A stretch of 64,000 nt of DNA from Somniosus microcephalus (GCA_052327205.1 CM126231.1:26908001-26972000), one strand, 5' to 3'. Shown: positions 49,536-63,000, counted from the first letter of the stretch. Made by a program: numbers and translations. The notes: generated by a model not told the origin, from the letters alone.

Positions 49536-50370
49536 GGGCAGGATTTTCATTGGGCCGTGGGGGCGGGATTGGAGGCGTGTGGGGGGTTAAAATCCCGAAA
49601 TCGGGGGGGCACAAACCCAGCCCGCCCCCAACCCGCCTCCATGCCAGTTTTAAAGGAGGCGGGTACCCGCCCCGCACTGGGACCTGCCTCTCTGAGGCGG
49701 TAAGGGGATTAGTGCCAATTAACTGCCTGTTAACAGGTAGTTAACAGGCAGTTTTTAGCCTAATCCCTATTTTCATTCTTGAAGTGTGGGATTCCCGACG
49801 GCTCCAAACCACGCCAAGTTAGCGAGGTGGACCGTCGGGCTGAAGGGCTTGGAGGGTTCAAGATGTCCGGTGTTCAGGTGAGTGATGGGTGCATGAGTGC
49901 AGAGGTAAGTGTGTTTGGTGTGTTTAAAGTGTTTAAAGAAGTTTTACTTACCTTTGCAGCCTTCCTTCCTTCAGGTCTCGGGAGTCCCTCATCTCACCGG
50001 CACTGAAAGCAGAATGGCCGCGATCTGTCAAAAGTTCCAGCATTCAGCTTTCTGTTCCGGGGAGATCTCTAATTCATCCTGACAGGAAGGAATTAACTTG
50101 GAGTACAGATTGTCAGTGTTTGACAGCTTCAAACAGCTGTGAAACGCTGATATTTCATCTGTCAAAAGGTCTTGACAGATGAAATATCAATCTGTGACGT
50201 CACCTGTCGCCGGGTGGCCCTTAATTGGCCTGCTGAGCCCGCTGGGCGGGCTCAACAAGGTCAATCAAGTCAAAATCGTGTGGGTTGGCTAGAACTCGAT
50301 GGAGGCGGGACTACAACCCCGAAAGTTGTAGTCCCATCTCCTACCCGCCTCCTCAATGAATATCCAGCCC
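49536..50370. mobile_element. PIF/Harbinger-like element, same family as 34375-35215, inverted
   Basis: GGGCAGGATTTTCATT...AATGAATATCCAGCCC; 3-bp TSD ATC; colinear with the reverse complement of the 34.4-kb copy. Confidence 0.82.
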
Positions 50371-51743
50371 ATCATGTCCCACAACAATAATTACTTTCAG
50401 TTACATAGAGTTTATATAAAGAGCCTTTAATGTAGGAAACTTTACAGGGAAGAAATGCAGCAGAAGAGTAAAGAAAGATGACTTGACCCAGGGATGGAAA
50501 GTTAAGTTCTAAGGATGCTTTGAAAGGCAGGGGTTTTTGGGAGAGAGTTTCAAAGAGTAAGGCTGTGATGGCTTAAGGGTCTGTCACTGACGGTGGAGTG
50601 GAGGGAAGGGGGATCGACTAGAGTTGGAGGACCGAAGTACACGCCCAGGGACACGAGGCTGGAGCAGATCGCAGAGATAGTGTGAGGCACTGTTGAGGGG
50701 CAATCGAACAATGGAAGTGTATGAGGACAGGAATGATGGGCCAATGCGACTCATTGGGGGACAGGAGTGAGGGCAGCGGAGTTTATATACGGTGGAGCAG
50801 AGGAGCATGTTGGAGAAGTTCGTCCTGGAGGTAACAAAAGTTTGTAAAAATGTTTCAGCAACAGTGAAGGTAAAGGAAGGATGCAGTGGCCAATATGCCA
50901 GAGGTGGAAGAAAATAGCAATGAGGTAAATGATCAATTCATCTGTTATTTGGTGCAATTATTTGGGAGAAGAATGTTGGCCAGTCCTACAGGACAACTCT
51001 CGGCTCCTCTTTGAATAGTGGTGCAAGATCTTCAATGCATTGGTTGGGTATCTTATGTAAAGGACAGGACACCTGACAATCTAGGATACTACTCCAGTGC
51101 AATACTGAGGAAGTGCTGCATTAGAAAGAACATAAGAACATAAGAAATAGGAGCAGGAGTAGGCCCCTCGAGCCTGCTCCGCCATTCAATAAGATCATGG
51201 CTGATCTGATCCTAACCGCCAATCCACTATCACAGAACCATCTCCTGAATCTAACAGAATTAGACACCCAAAATAGGAGCAGGATCAGGCTACACGGCCC
51301 CTGGGCCCGCTCCGCTACCCACAGGGCCATGACCGATCCGAACCTAGACTCATGTCCAAATTCCTGCCCGCTCCCCATAACCCTTAATTCCCTTTACTTC
51401 TAGGAAACTGTCTATTTCTGTTTTAAATTTATGTAATGATGTAGCTTCTACAGCTTTTTGGGGCAGCATATTCCATGGACCTACCACCCTCTGAGTGAAG
51501 TAGTTCCTCCTCATCTCAGTTTTGAAAGAGCAGCCCCTTATTCTAAGACTATGCCCCCTAGTTCTAGTTTCACCCATCATCGGGAACATCCTCCCCGCAT
51601 CCACCCGATCCAACCCCTTCACAATCTTATATGTTTCAATAAGATCGCCTCTTATTCTTCTGAACTCCAATGAGTAGAGTCCCAATCTACTCAACCTCTC
51701 CTCATATGTCCATCCCCTCATCCCCGGGACAGGTAGACAGACA

Positions 51744-52204
51744 GACTTGCATTTCTATAGCGCCTTTCATGACCACCGGACATCTCAAAGCGCTTTACAG
51801 CCAATGAAGTACTTTTTGAAGTGGAGTCACTGTTGTAATGTGGGAAACACAGCAGCCAATTTGCGCACAGCAAGCTCCCACAAACAGCAATGTGATAATG
51901 ACCAGATAATCTGTTTTTGTTATGTCGGTTGAGGGAGATATATTGGTCCAGGACACCGGGGAGAACTCCCCTGCTCTTCTTCAAAATAGTGCCATGGGAT
52001 CTTTTACATCCACTTAAGAGAGCAGACAGGGCCTCGGTTTAATGTCTCATCCGAAAGACAGCACCTCCGACAGTGCAGCACTCCCTCAGCACTGCACTGG
52101 TATGTTAGCCTAGCTTTATGTGCTCAAGTCCCTGGAGTGGGACTTGAACCCACAACCATTCTGACTCAGAGGAGAGTGTGCTACCCACTGAGCCACAGCT
52201 GACA
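51744..52204 (-). mobile_element. Deu-domain SINE (further copies or fragments at ~19214-19651, ~26353-26461, ~59302-59429, ~61430-61648)
   Basis: Consensus match. Confidence 0.82.
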
Positions 52205-52380
52205 CTGCATTAAGCCCCTGATGTGGAACCCAAACCTATAACCTCTGACCCAGGGACTGGAGTGCTGCCATTGAGCCAAGCTGGCCGCAGGTGGTGTAGG
52301 AGAAAGAGTAATCGAGCAAGAGTGGCTGGTTGACTGAAAGGTTTGGCCATGTGGAAGAGACACAATGGATGAATACTGAC

Positions 52381-52470
52381 CGTTGGCAACGCAAGCTCCT
52401 GATCGAGGCCCACTTGAACGTGTAGCATTAAGAATATTCCAGCACACAACATGAAGAGAAACAGGATGAT
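52381..52470 (-). CDS. NPC1L1: NPC1L1 coding exon (90 bp)
   Basis: IILFLFMLCAGIFLMLHVQVGLDQELALPT; poly-T TAG acceptor, GTCAG donor; VGLDQELALP motif. Confidence 0.94.
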
Positions 52471-55422
52471 CTAGAAAAAAAATAGGAAAGTCAAATACAG
52501 GAAACTTTGGTTTATCTGGAGGTTAACTGTCTGGAATGCTCGAGTCACCGGCAAAAACCAGGAGCCGTTTCGTTAGGTTTTTTTTCTTTTCGTTGCTTTT
52601 TTTTCACCAGTCAGGCTCTGCAAGGTCTCGCTGAAGCTGTTGCTAAGCTACAGAGATGCTTGCAAGGTACGGCCAACTGTTTAGAAGCTGTTGCTAAGCA
52701 ACAGGGTTTGTTGCCAGATACGGAGCTCAAAATCTCCGTATGTTTCAACATTAGCGCTGGTTTATCCGGCAGTTTTGATGGGACGGCAACAGCTCGGTCC
52801 CGTCGGTGCCGGATAGCACAATGTTTCCTGTACTCTGAAGTATCAGCATAGAACTAGAGGATGCAGTTTTAAAATGGACAAGCGACAAGTGAGACCAGAC
52901 ACGAGAGGAACCTTTTATTTCTCCCACAGAGAGGTGAATATATGGAACAAACTCATGCCAACATACGAGATTGAGGGGCAGGAAAAGATCAGCTGGTCCA
53001 TCAAGCCTGCCCAACACTCACGACCCAACGAAACATTTCCTCTCTCCCAACATCCTGCCGCCTCGCTCTGCCCCCACACCTCCGCCGCCATGTGATCTCC
53101 TGGGGGAGGGAAAACAACAGCGAAAAACCCAGGGCCAATGAGGGAAAAAAATACTCTGGAAATCCCGGCAAAAGCAGTTGGTGACGTCAAGTCTTTGGAG
53201 GGACAGAGTTCACCAAAGCAGAACCAAAGAGGCCCAGCCATGTTGAGACTGATATAGAAACATAGAAACATGGAAGATAGGAGCCTGCTCCGCCATTTAA
53301 TGAGATCATGGCTGATCATCCAAATTCAGTACCCTGTCCCTGCCTTCTCTCCATATCCCATGATCCCTTTAGCCTTAAGAAATATATCTAACTCCTTCTT
53401 GAATATATTTAATGAATTGGCCTGAATTGCCTTCTGTGGTAGAGAATTCCACAGGTTCACCACTCTCTGGGTGAAGAAATTCCTCCTCATCTCTGTCCTA
53501 AATGGTTTTCCCCTTATCCTTAGACTGTGACCCCTGGTTCTGGACTCCTCCGCCATCGGGAACATCCTTCCTGCATCTAGTCTGTCTAGTCCTGTTAGAA
53601 TTTTATAAGTTTCAATGAGATCCCCTCTCATTCTTCTAAACTCCAGCGAGTATAAGCTCAATCGACCCATATTACTCCTGCTGCCGCCTCCATACTTGCC
53701 CACGTCGTGATCGAACCCCAGCAGCCCCGCTCCGCCCCACCGCACGTACCTTGATGGCGGCCAGTGCTGTCGGATATTGGCCAGCCGTAATCTGCCATGC
53801 TGCGTTGGGATGCCCGCCTGGTGCCCCATAGCTCACCGGCCTCGCTGTAAAGGAGGCCGGGACCTCTTCACCTCGGGTACGGGTGCCCTTTCACTTTGTT
53901 TCTGCCTGGCACTTCTCTCCCACTCCCCTACCACACACACCCAGCCTGGCAACAGATTAAAGCAGCTTTCTTTCCAATTTTAAAATTACAATCGGCCCGG
54001 AATTTGCGGGGAAATGCCTCCAATCCGCAAATAAAGTGCCCGCGGACCCGGGGCCTCGGGAGGTACGCAGACTCGCGGTCCTGGGGCTCTCCGGGTGCCC
54101 GCGGGTAGAGGCCCATGTATCCCAGGGCGCAGGCGGTTCGCAAGCGCCTCTGGGATCACGCAGGCCAGACCAATGAATGACAGTAGGGAATCCCCATTCA
54201 TGCTTATGGGGAGCCCGTATGTAAAGAAACCCCTTAAGCATGAATGGGAATACCCCAAAAAATACATCTACACATCAAATAAATAAAAAAAAACACCATC
54301 ACATATTTAAAATTAATTAAAATGGCATTTAATTAAATATTTAAAACAAAAATTTAAATTTTTGAAAAATAATTTTACATGTTTTAAAGGGGCTAAAAAT
54401 AAACAGCTTATTTAACAAGTTTTTAAATGTATAAATTAATGATAAAATGTTATTTCTCTGTTTTTTAATACTCTTATGCTGAAAGAATTTCACAGGTATT
54501 CGTTGGGCAGAAGTTCTGCCCACGGACGCCGATGAATTTTCTTGACAGATCGCAAGTTCCGGGTTTTAGCGCATGCGGAGCGCACGCCTGAACCCGGAAC
54601 TCGCATGGCCCTTACGGGCGCGGGCGCACCTCGCACACACCCGTAGGGACCACAAATTACAGCCCACAGAGTCTACAGCACAGAAACTGGCCATTCGGCC
54701 CAACTGGTCCGTGCTGGTGTTTATGCTCCACACGAGCCTCCTCCCACCCCTACTTCATCTCACGGGGAGTCCAGAACCAGGGGTCACAGTCTAAGGATAA
54801 GGGGTAAGCCATTTAGGACAGAGATGAGGAGGAATTTCTTCACCCAGAGAGTGGTGAACCTGTGAAATTCTCTACCGCAGAAGGCAGTTGAGGCCAATTC
54901 ATTAAATATATTCAAGAAAGAGTTGGATATATTTCTTAAGGCTAAAGGGATCAAGGGATATGGGGAGAAAGCAGGGACAGGGTACTGAGTTTGGATGATC
55001 AGCCATGATCTCATTAAATGGCGGAACAGGCTCGAGGGGCCGAATGGCCGACTCCTGCTCCTATCTTCTATGTTTCTATGTTTCACCCCATCAACATATC
55101 CTTCTATTCTTTTCTCCCTCATGTACTTATCGAGCTTCCCCTTAAATGCATCTATACTATCCGCCTCAACCAGTCCCTGTGGTAGTGAGTTCCACATTCT
55201 CACCACTCTCTGGGCAAAGGAGTTTCTCCTGAATTCCTTATTGGATTTATTAATGACTATCTTATATTTAAGACCCCTATTTTTGATCTGCCCCACAAAC
55301 ATTATCTCTACGTCTACCCTATCAAGCCCCTTCATAATTTTAAAGCCCTCTATCAGGTCACCCCTCAGCCTTCTCTTTTCTAAAGAAAAGAGCCCCAGCC
55401 TGTTCAGCCTTATCTCTCAGTA

Positions 55423-55997
55423 CAGGTAGGCTACCCTTTATCCGAACTTCCGAAAACCGAAACCCTCTAAAAACCGACGGTTTTTTCGTTCAGCGCAAGT
55501 CGTGCGCACGACCCCGACCCCGCCGACCCCCCGCCGGCCCCCCACCCTTTCGGATAAGGGATAGTTTATCCTTTATCCGCACTTCCGAAAACCGAAATCC
55601 TCTGAAAACCGAAAGGTTTCGTTCAGCGTAAGTCGTGCGCATGACCCCGACCCCCGCCGACCCCCACCCCCGACCCCCTGCCGACCCCCCGCCGACCCCG
55701 ACCCCTGCCGACCCCCACCCCGACCCCCGCCGACCCCGCCGACCCCCTGCCGACCCCCGCCGACCCCGACCCCCCCGCCGACCCCGACCCCGCCGACCCC
55801 CCCGCCGACCCCCCGCCGACCCCGACCCCCGCCGACCCCCCGCCGACCCCCCGCCGACCCCGACCCCCGCCGACCCCCGCCGACCCCCACCCCCGACAAA
55901 TTTCCCAGTCTTATAAAATACCTTCTGAAATCCGAAATTTTCCGAAAACCGAAACACGGCTGGTCCCGAGGTTTTCGGATAAAGGATAGTCTACCTG
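55423..55997. mobile_element. second copy of the Tigger-like MITE, opposite orientation, inserted in a CR1 fragment
   Basis: TA TSD, same TIRs, (CCGACCCC)n interior, internal duplication of one end. Confidence 0.85.
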
Positions 55998-56211
55998 TAT
56001 AGGCATCATCCCTGTCAATCTTTTTTGCACCTTCTCCAGTGCCTCTATATCCTTTTTGTAAGATGGAGACTAGAACTGTGCAGAGTACTGCACCTGTGGT
56101 CGAACCAAGGTTCGATACAAGTTTAACATAATTTCCCTGCTTTTCAATTCTGTTCCTCTAGAAATGAACCCCAGTGCTTGGTTTAAAAATTCTGGGTCTT
56201 TGTTTTCTTAC

Positions 56212-56349
56212 CACAATTATCCTCGTAACAGAGTGAAGCAGAAAAGGGGCATAATACTCCCTCATAAAGGGCAGCAAAATCCCATTGCTTTTCTTCTTTT
56301 TCTTTTTACCTTTCGAGCGAATGCAACAACAGACATCAAATTTGGCCAC
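56212..56349 (-). CDS. NPC1L1: NPC1L1 coding exon (138 bp)
   Basis: VAKFDVCCCIRSKGKKKKKKSNGILLPFMREYYAPFLLHSVTRIIV; CAG acceptor, GTAAG donor; DVCCC and YAPFLL are typical of NPC1L1. Confidence 0.94.
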
Positions 56350-57590
56350 CTGCAAGAGAGACCGGAGTGAAGTCAGTCAGCTACGGGTTATATGTTTATA
56401 GCACGCTTTTAATATAAAGAAATGCATATTTTCACTATTTACATGAACTAATCACAGATATTAACATCGTGATACATTAACTTAATCAGAGTGGCATGTT
56501 CCGAAGAGCTGCACTATTTTGAGGGTGAAATAGCACTTTTTAAAAAAATCGTTTATGGGATGTGGGCATCGCTGGCAAGGCCGGCATTTATTGCCCATCC
56601 CTAGTTGCCATTGAGAAGGTGGTGGTGAGTCGCCTCCTTGAACCGCTGCAGTCCATGTGGTGAAGGTACTCCCACAGTTGCTGTTAGGGAGGGAGTTCCA
56701 GGATTTTGACCCAGCGGCGATGACGGATCGGCGATATACTTCTAAGTCAGGATGGTGTGTGACTTGGAGGGGAACTCGGAGGTGGTGGTGTTCCCATGCG
56801 CCTGCTGCCCTTGTCCTTCTAGGTGGTAGAAAGTCGCGGGTTTGGGAGGTGCTGCCAAAGATGCCTTGGCGAGTTGCCGCAGTGCACCTTGGAGATGGCA
56901 CACACTGCAGCCACGGTACGCCAGTGTTCACTCAACTCTTTTTGTTTTCTTTGGAACAGAGGAGGCCGAGGGGAGATTTAATTGAGGTGTATAAAATGAT
57001 GAGGGGCCCAGATAGAGTGGATAGGAAGGACCTATTTCCCTTAGCAGAGAGGTCAATAACCAGGGGGCTTGGATTTAAAGTAATTGGTAGAAGGATTAGA
57101 GACGAGTTGAAGAGAATTTTTTTTCACCCAGAGGGTGGTGGGGGTCTGGAACTCACTGCCTGAAAGGGCGGTTGAGGCAGAAACCCTCACCGCGTTTAAA
57201 AAGTACTTGGATATGCACTTGAAGTGCCGTAACCTACAGGGCTACGGACCAAGAGCTGGAAAGTGGGATGAGGCTGGAGAGCTCTTTTGGCCGGCACAGA
57301 CACGATGGGCCGAATGGCTTCCTTCTGTGCCGTAAATTTCTATGATTCTATAACTCCACTTCTATAGATTATTTGATGCAGGACTGTAGTTACTAAAGTA
57401 TTCTGTGAACCATCAATATCTAGTTTTAGAGGAAAGAGTCTTCGCTCGTAACCTCTGTAAGTGAAAGAACCAAAAATCACGACTGTTTGATTGTCTGATA
57501 GCTCCGAGGGAAATAAGCCAATTATCACAGCCCAAGGTGAAACTAAAAGGGTCGTACGGAGCAGCGTGCAGTGGATGTTGTACATCGTAC

Positions 57591-57718
57591 CTCCTCTCTC
57601 TGTGCGTCCAGGGACATCAGGGCCACGAATGTCGACATCTGGAGCAGAAAGTCGAAGAACACAGCCAGCGCCGCGTACAGTGCGAAGGCTCGGACCGCCG
57701 GCATATTGGTGAGGGCAC
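57591..57718 (-). CDS. NPC1L1: NPC1L1 coding exon (128 bp, end of sterol-sensing domain)
   Basis: (G)[42 protein letters not shown], with the NPC1-family MPAV motif; AG/GT boundaries; phase 1 to 0. Confidence 0.95.
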
Positions 57719-58169
57719 CTGTGTCAAGGATCGTGTGTTGGTGAGTGAGTCCCACTGATGGTGTTACCGTCTGCAGAACCAACTCGGTTCAAATGCCGAG
57801 AGTTTTTCTTTGTCCTCCCCTATTCTCTGTTACGTGGGAAAGTACTGGCTCACAAGAGGCTCGTCCCAAGAACTAATGCCGCTTAAATCGGCCACTGCCT
57901 GCTTTCCAGTGCTTGTTTCAGGGGTAGCGCTTCAAGGGTGGAAGCAGTCTTCTGATTCAATCCACTGTGCAGTTTAGATGCAGCCCGTGGCTCTGAGTGT
58001 CAGTGAGCTGCTGACAAGCCCTGGGGGGGGTGACTCGACTCAGCTCTTTTGTCCTCTATCCACACGCCTGCATTTTCCAGCCAGCCTCACTGGGCGGCGA
58101 TCAGCAGTGACATTCCCGGCTGATTTTTATCCTTCTCCCTACCTTGGGGATACCAAGACCCAATCCTAA

Positions 58170-58900
58170 CATAGAAGGAGCAGGAGTAGGCCATTCGGCC
58201 CCTCGAGCCTGCTCTGCCATTTAATGAGATCATGGCTGATCATCCAAATTCAGTACCCTGTCCCTGCTTTCTCCCCATATTCCTTGATCCCTTTAGCCTT
58301 AAGAAATATATCTAACTCCTTCTTGAATATATTTAATGAATTGGCCTCAACTACCTTCTGAGGTAGAGAATTCCACAGGTTCACCGCTCTCTGGGTGAAG
58401 AAATTCCTCCTCATCTCTGTCCTAAATGGCTTACCCCTTATCCTTAGACTGTGACCCCTGGTTCTGGACTCCCCCGCCATCGGGAACATCCTTCCTGCAT
58501 CTAGTCTGTCTAGTCCTGTTAGAACTTTATAAGTTTCAATGAGATCCCCTCTCATTCTTCTAAACTCTAGCGAATACAAGCCCAATCGACCCAATCTCTC
58601 TTCATACATCATTCCTGCCATCCCAGGTATCAGTCTGGTGAATCTTCGCTGCACTCCCTCCATGGCAAGAACATCCTTCCTCAGATAAGGCGACCAAAAC
58701 TGCACACAATACTCAAGGTGTGGTCTCACCAAGGCCCTGTACAATTGCAGCAAGACATCCTTGTTCCTGTACTCGAATCCTCTTGCTATGAAGGCCAGCA
58801 TACCATTTGCCTTCTTAACCGCCTGCTGCACCTGCATGCTTACCTTCAGCGACTGGTGCACAAGGACACCCAGGTCTTGTTGCACTTCCCCTTTTCCCAA
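58170..58900 (-). mobile_element. young CR1 3' fragment
   Basis: Open RT C-terminus [24 protein letters not shown]...GEKAGTGY plus 3' UTR stem-loop. Confidence 0.92.
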
Positions 58901-59429
58901 TCTAACGACCCCACTGTTACCCTGGATGACATCAGTTAACTCAGACCTGACAAGGGCGGACGTTTTGTGATGCTGGAGAGGACCACACCATTGGGTGCAT
59001 TTACCCCCCGCACCTCCCCCCCTCACCCTGAGACATTGGCAAAAGCAACAAGTTAGAAATGCTTTGGTGACTTCCTACTATTTTATTATTATTTGAATTT
59101 TTCATTCACTACATTTCTAACCATTACCTTCCCTGTGGCAAACTCGAACACTACTCTAGATACACTGCCCACCACGTTAGACATCCACCTTTAATGCGGC
59201 ACTCACTTATTAAATCGGTCAAAAAGCGATAACGATTGGCCATTTGTATTAACATCAATTTCAAAGTTGCCGGTTATAGCCTCTTAAATGCTCCAGGGAT
59301 TGTCAGCCATGGCTCAGTTGGTAGCACTCCCGCCTCTGGGGTAGGAGCTTGTGAGGTTCAAGAGCAGGGAGTTCCTCCCTGGTGTCCTTGCCAATATTTA
59401 TCCCTCAACCAACATCACTAAAACAGATT

Positions 59430-60130
59430 GGGCTAGAAATTCAGTGGGCTTTGCGCCCAGTTACCGCCCAAATAGGGTTTCTGCGCCAGTGTAAGAGGGT
59501 GCGCTGATATTCAGCGCTGCGGTAATGGCGGCAGTAGCCGGTAGCGCTGCGCCGACACTGATGACGTCATCGGTGTGCGCAGTGCCCCGGTTCCGCCCTG
59601 CTTCCGGCCCAAACCCCATATTTAGTTGCGGCCGCCTCTTCTGCAGCGGCCGCAAACAGCGATTGAAAAACGGGGCCGTACTGCTGCGCTACTGGGGCGC
59701 TTTAAGGTGGAGGTGTGGCCGGCCGCTTTTTCGGCGGCCGCCTGCCCGCACCTCCTTCCCCGGCCTCCTCCACCCCTCCCCCCCGCGGCATTGCCGGCTG
59801 CTTTCCGTGAGCCCGGCACTTCTCCGTGGTGCCGGGCTCATTTGCCGGCACAATCCAGCGGCGATCTCACTGTTGCAGGCACCTCCCCCTTAAGAGAAGG
59901 AGGAGGCCTGCAGTACCACAGCCTGCCGCTCCGCAGCGGGTGGCGCAGCGGGGCCTACAGTGCAGAAATTCAGTTTCAGCGCCCCAAGCGGGGGCAGGCA
60001 CACCCTGGAATAGCGGCCGGTTCCGACTTGGGGCGCAAAAGCCGAATATCTGACGGGCACACCTGGCTCCGCGCGCAGCGCTAACTTTTGGGCGTTAGCC
60101 TGCTGGCGGGCCTTACTGAATTTCTAGGCC
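59430..60130. mobile_element. GC-rich Harbinger-like MITE inserted into a SINE
   Basis: TIR GGGCTAGAAATTCAGT / ACTGAATTTCTAGGCC (15/16); 3-bp TSD ATT splitting SINE consensus AACAGATTATC. Confidence 0.82.
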
Positions 60131-60157
60131 ATTATCTTTTACTGAGATGAGGTACTG

Positions 60158-61040
60158 CAAATGGTATGTTGGCCTTCGTAGCGAGAGGGTTTGAGTACAG
60201 GAACAAGGATGTCTTGCTGCAGTTGTACAGGGCCTTGGTGAGACCACATCTTGAGTATTGTGTGCAGTTTAGGTCGCCTTATCTGAGGAAGGATGTTCTT
60301 GCCATGGAAGGAGTTCAGCGAAGATTCACCAGACTGATACCTGGGATGGCAGGAATGACGTATGAGGAGAGATTGGGTCGACTGGGCTTATACTCGCTGG
60401 AGTTTAGAAGAATGAGAGGGGATCTCATTGAAACTTATAGAATTCTGACAGGACTGGACAGACTAGATGCAGGAAGGATGTTCCTGATGGTCGGGGAGTC
60501 CAGAACCAGGGGTCAGATTCTAAGGATAAGGGGTAAGCCATTTAGGACAGAGATGAGGAGGAATTTCTTCACCCAGAGAGTGGTGAACCTGTGGAATTCT
60601 CTACCACAGAAGGCAGTAGAGGCCAATTCATTAAATATATTCAAGAAGGAGTTGGATATATTTCTTAAGGCTAAAGGGATCAAGGGGTATGGGGAGAAGG
60701 CAGGGACAGGGTCCTGAATTTGGATGATCAGCCATGATCGCATTGAATGGCGGAGCAGGCTCGAGGGGCCGAATGGCCTACTCCTGCTCCTATCTTCTAT
60801 GTTTCTATGATTCTAGGAGGAATTTCTTCACTCAGAGGGCCATGAATCTTTGGAATTCTCTGCCCCAGAGGGCTGTGGATGCTGAGTCTTTGAGTGTATT
60901 CAAGGCTGGGATCAATAGATTTTTGGACTCTCGGGGAATCGAGGGATATGGGGATCGAGCAGGAAAGTGGAGTTGAGGTCGATGATCAGCCATGATCTTA
61001 TTGAATGGCGGAGCAGGCTTGAGGGGCCGTATGGCCTACT
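60158..61040 (+). mobile_element. young CR1 3' fragment followed by a second CR1 3' end
   Basis: ORF 60166-60717 is near-identical to the 58250-58810 peptide; a second tail runs from ~60815. Confidence 0.9.
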
Positions 61041-63000
61041 TCTGCTCCTATTTCTTATTTAGGGCAGGAACAGCCGTGCTTACTGACTAATGGCAAGGTT
61101 TCGCCGTCAGCTATTGGCACAGAATCAATCAGCTCATCAAGGATAGAGCAACGGTTAGTGTTAAAGTTGGGCAGTTCCCGCGCACGGTAAAGTTCAAAGT
61201 TAGCACCTTTTTGTTCTGTGTCAGTAGTCTGCACAACTAACTTGAGGTGTTCAAAAGCACCACTCCAACAGATTCAAATAATAAAACTAATTGAATTCCC
61301 AGTGGTTATGCATCAGTTTGGCACTTTCCCCTTCAAGTCAACACATGTTATAAATCAGCGATGACAACATTCTTGTTATATAACACTACCACGTAAGCAG
61401 AATGGTTTCCCCCTTTTGGCACAGTGTGGCAGTCGTGGCTCAGTGGGTAGCACCCTCGCCTCTGAGTCAGAAGGTTGTGGGTTCAAGTCCCACTCCAGAG
61501 ACATAAGCACAGGCTGACACTCCAGTGCAGTGCTGAGGGAGTGCTGCACTGTCAAAGGTGCCGTCTTTCGGATGAGATGTTCAACCCCGTCTGCGCTCTC
61601 AGGTGGATGTAAACGATCTCATGACACTATTTCGAAGAAGAGCAGGGCAATTAACTCAACCGGGACAAGACAACACTTGTAGCAATGGGTAATGTTTACC
61701 ATTCAGATTGTTACATGTACATTACTGCAGTTAGATATGTCTTTCTCCATTGGAAATCACAATCTGTCTGTGACTCCGTTCAAGAAGGGAGCCCAAGTAA
61801 CTATCGTCCAGTTAGTCTAACATCAGTTATGGGCAAATCTTAGAATCCATAATCATTTGAGATAATATTATTGAGCATTTAGGGCGATAATTAATAACAA
61901 CCAGCATGTTAGTAAAGGCATGTCGTGTTTTACAAATTTAATGGAGTCTTTTGAAGAAATGTACAGATAAAGAGAATGCAGTAGATGCAGTGTAAATGGA
62001 TCTTCAGAAGGTATATGATAAGATGTCTAATCAAATTTACAAACATTATTACTAAAATTCAGGCCTATGGTAGGAAGTCAGTAACAGACAAAAAGGGTCA
62101 GGAGAAATGGGCGTCGCTCAGATTGGAGAAGGATTGGAAATGGAGTATCCCAGAGGTCGTTGCTGACCTGTTTTTGTCCTTGATATACATGGACTTGGGC
62201 AAAGGGAGCACAATAGTGACATTTGCTGATGACTCCAAAGTAAGGGGTTTGGCAAACAGCGAGGAGGGGCTGAAAGAAACTTGAGGAAGACTGCATTAAA
62301 TTTTGGGACTTGCCTTAGATATTGCCTTGCGTACAGAGGTGCTAGTCAGTGGTATCATTGTCTTACTTTATGGGTATGACCGTACAGCCCAATATCTAAC
62401 TGTACAATAGGGAAACCCAGGAGCATATCATAGTACCCCCTTGTGATCTGAGCTGGATGTTTGTGTCTTTTTGCAATAAGAAAATAAGAACATAAGAAAT
62501 AGGAGCAGGAGTAGGCCGTATGGCCCCTTGAGCCTGCTCCGCCATTCAATAAGATCATGGCTGATCTTCGACCTCAATTCCCGCCTGATCCCCATATCCT
62601 TTGATTTCCCCTAGAGTCCAAAAATCTCTCAGCCTTGAATATACTTAACAAAATGTGTGGGATTTGTGACGCAAGTACAGGGGTAAGGGAGAAAGTTCAG
62701 TTTTTGGTGATAGTCATGGTATCTTGTAAAACAGGAGCATATCATATGCAAAATGCAAGCGTGGTAAAAACAATGAGTGATACTTCCTTTTATGTTGCAT
62801 ATTAGTCTTCACTATGAGATCTCACTGGGAGAATAGCATGGAATTACATAGAATTTACAGCACAGAACTTGGCCATTTGGCCCAACCGGTGTCTGCTCCA
62901 CACGAGCTTCCGATGCAGAAATTCTAATAACCTCCACACACACACAAGGATTTTCATCCATCGTTTAGGTGAAAGAGTAAAAAATGAATAGAAATCTTAC

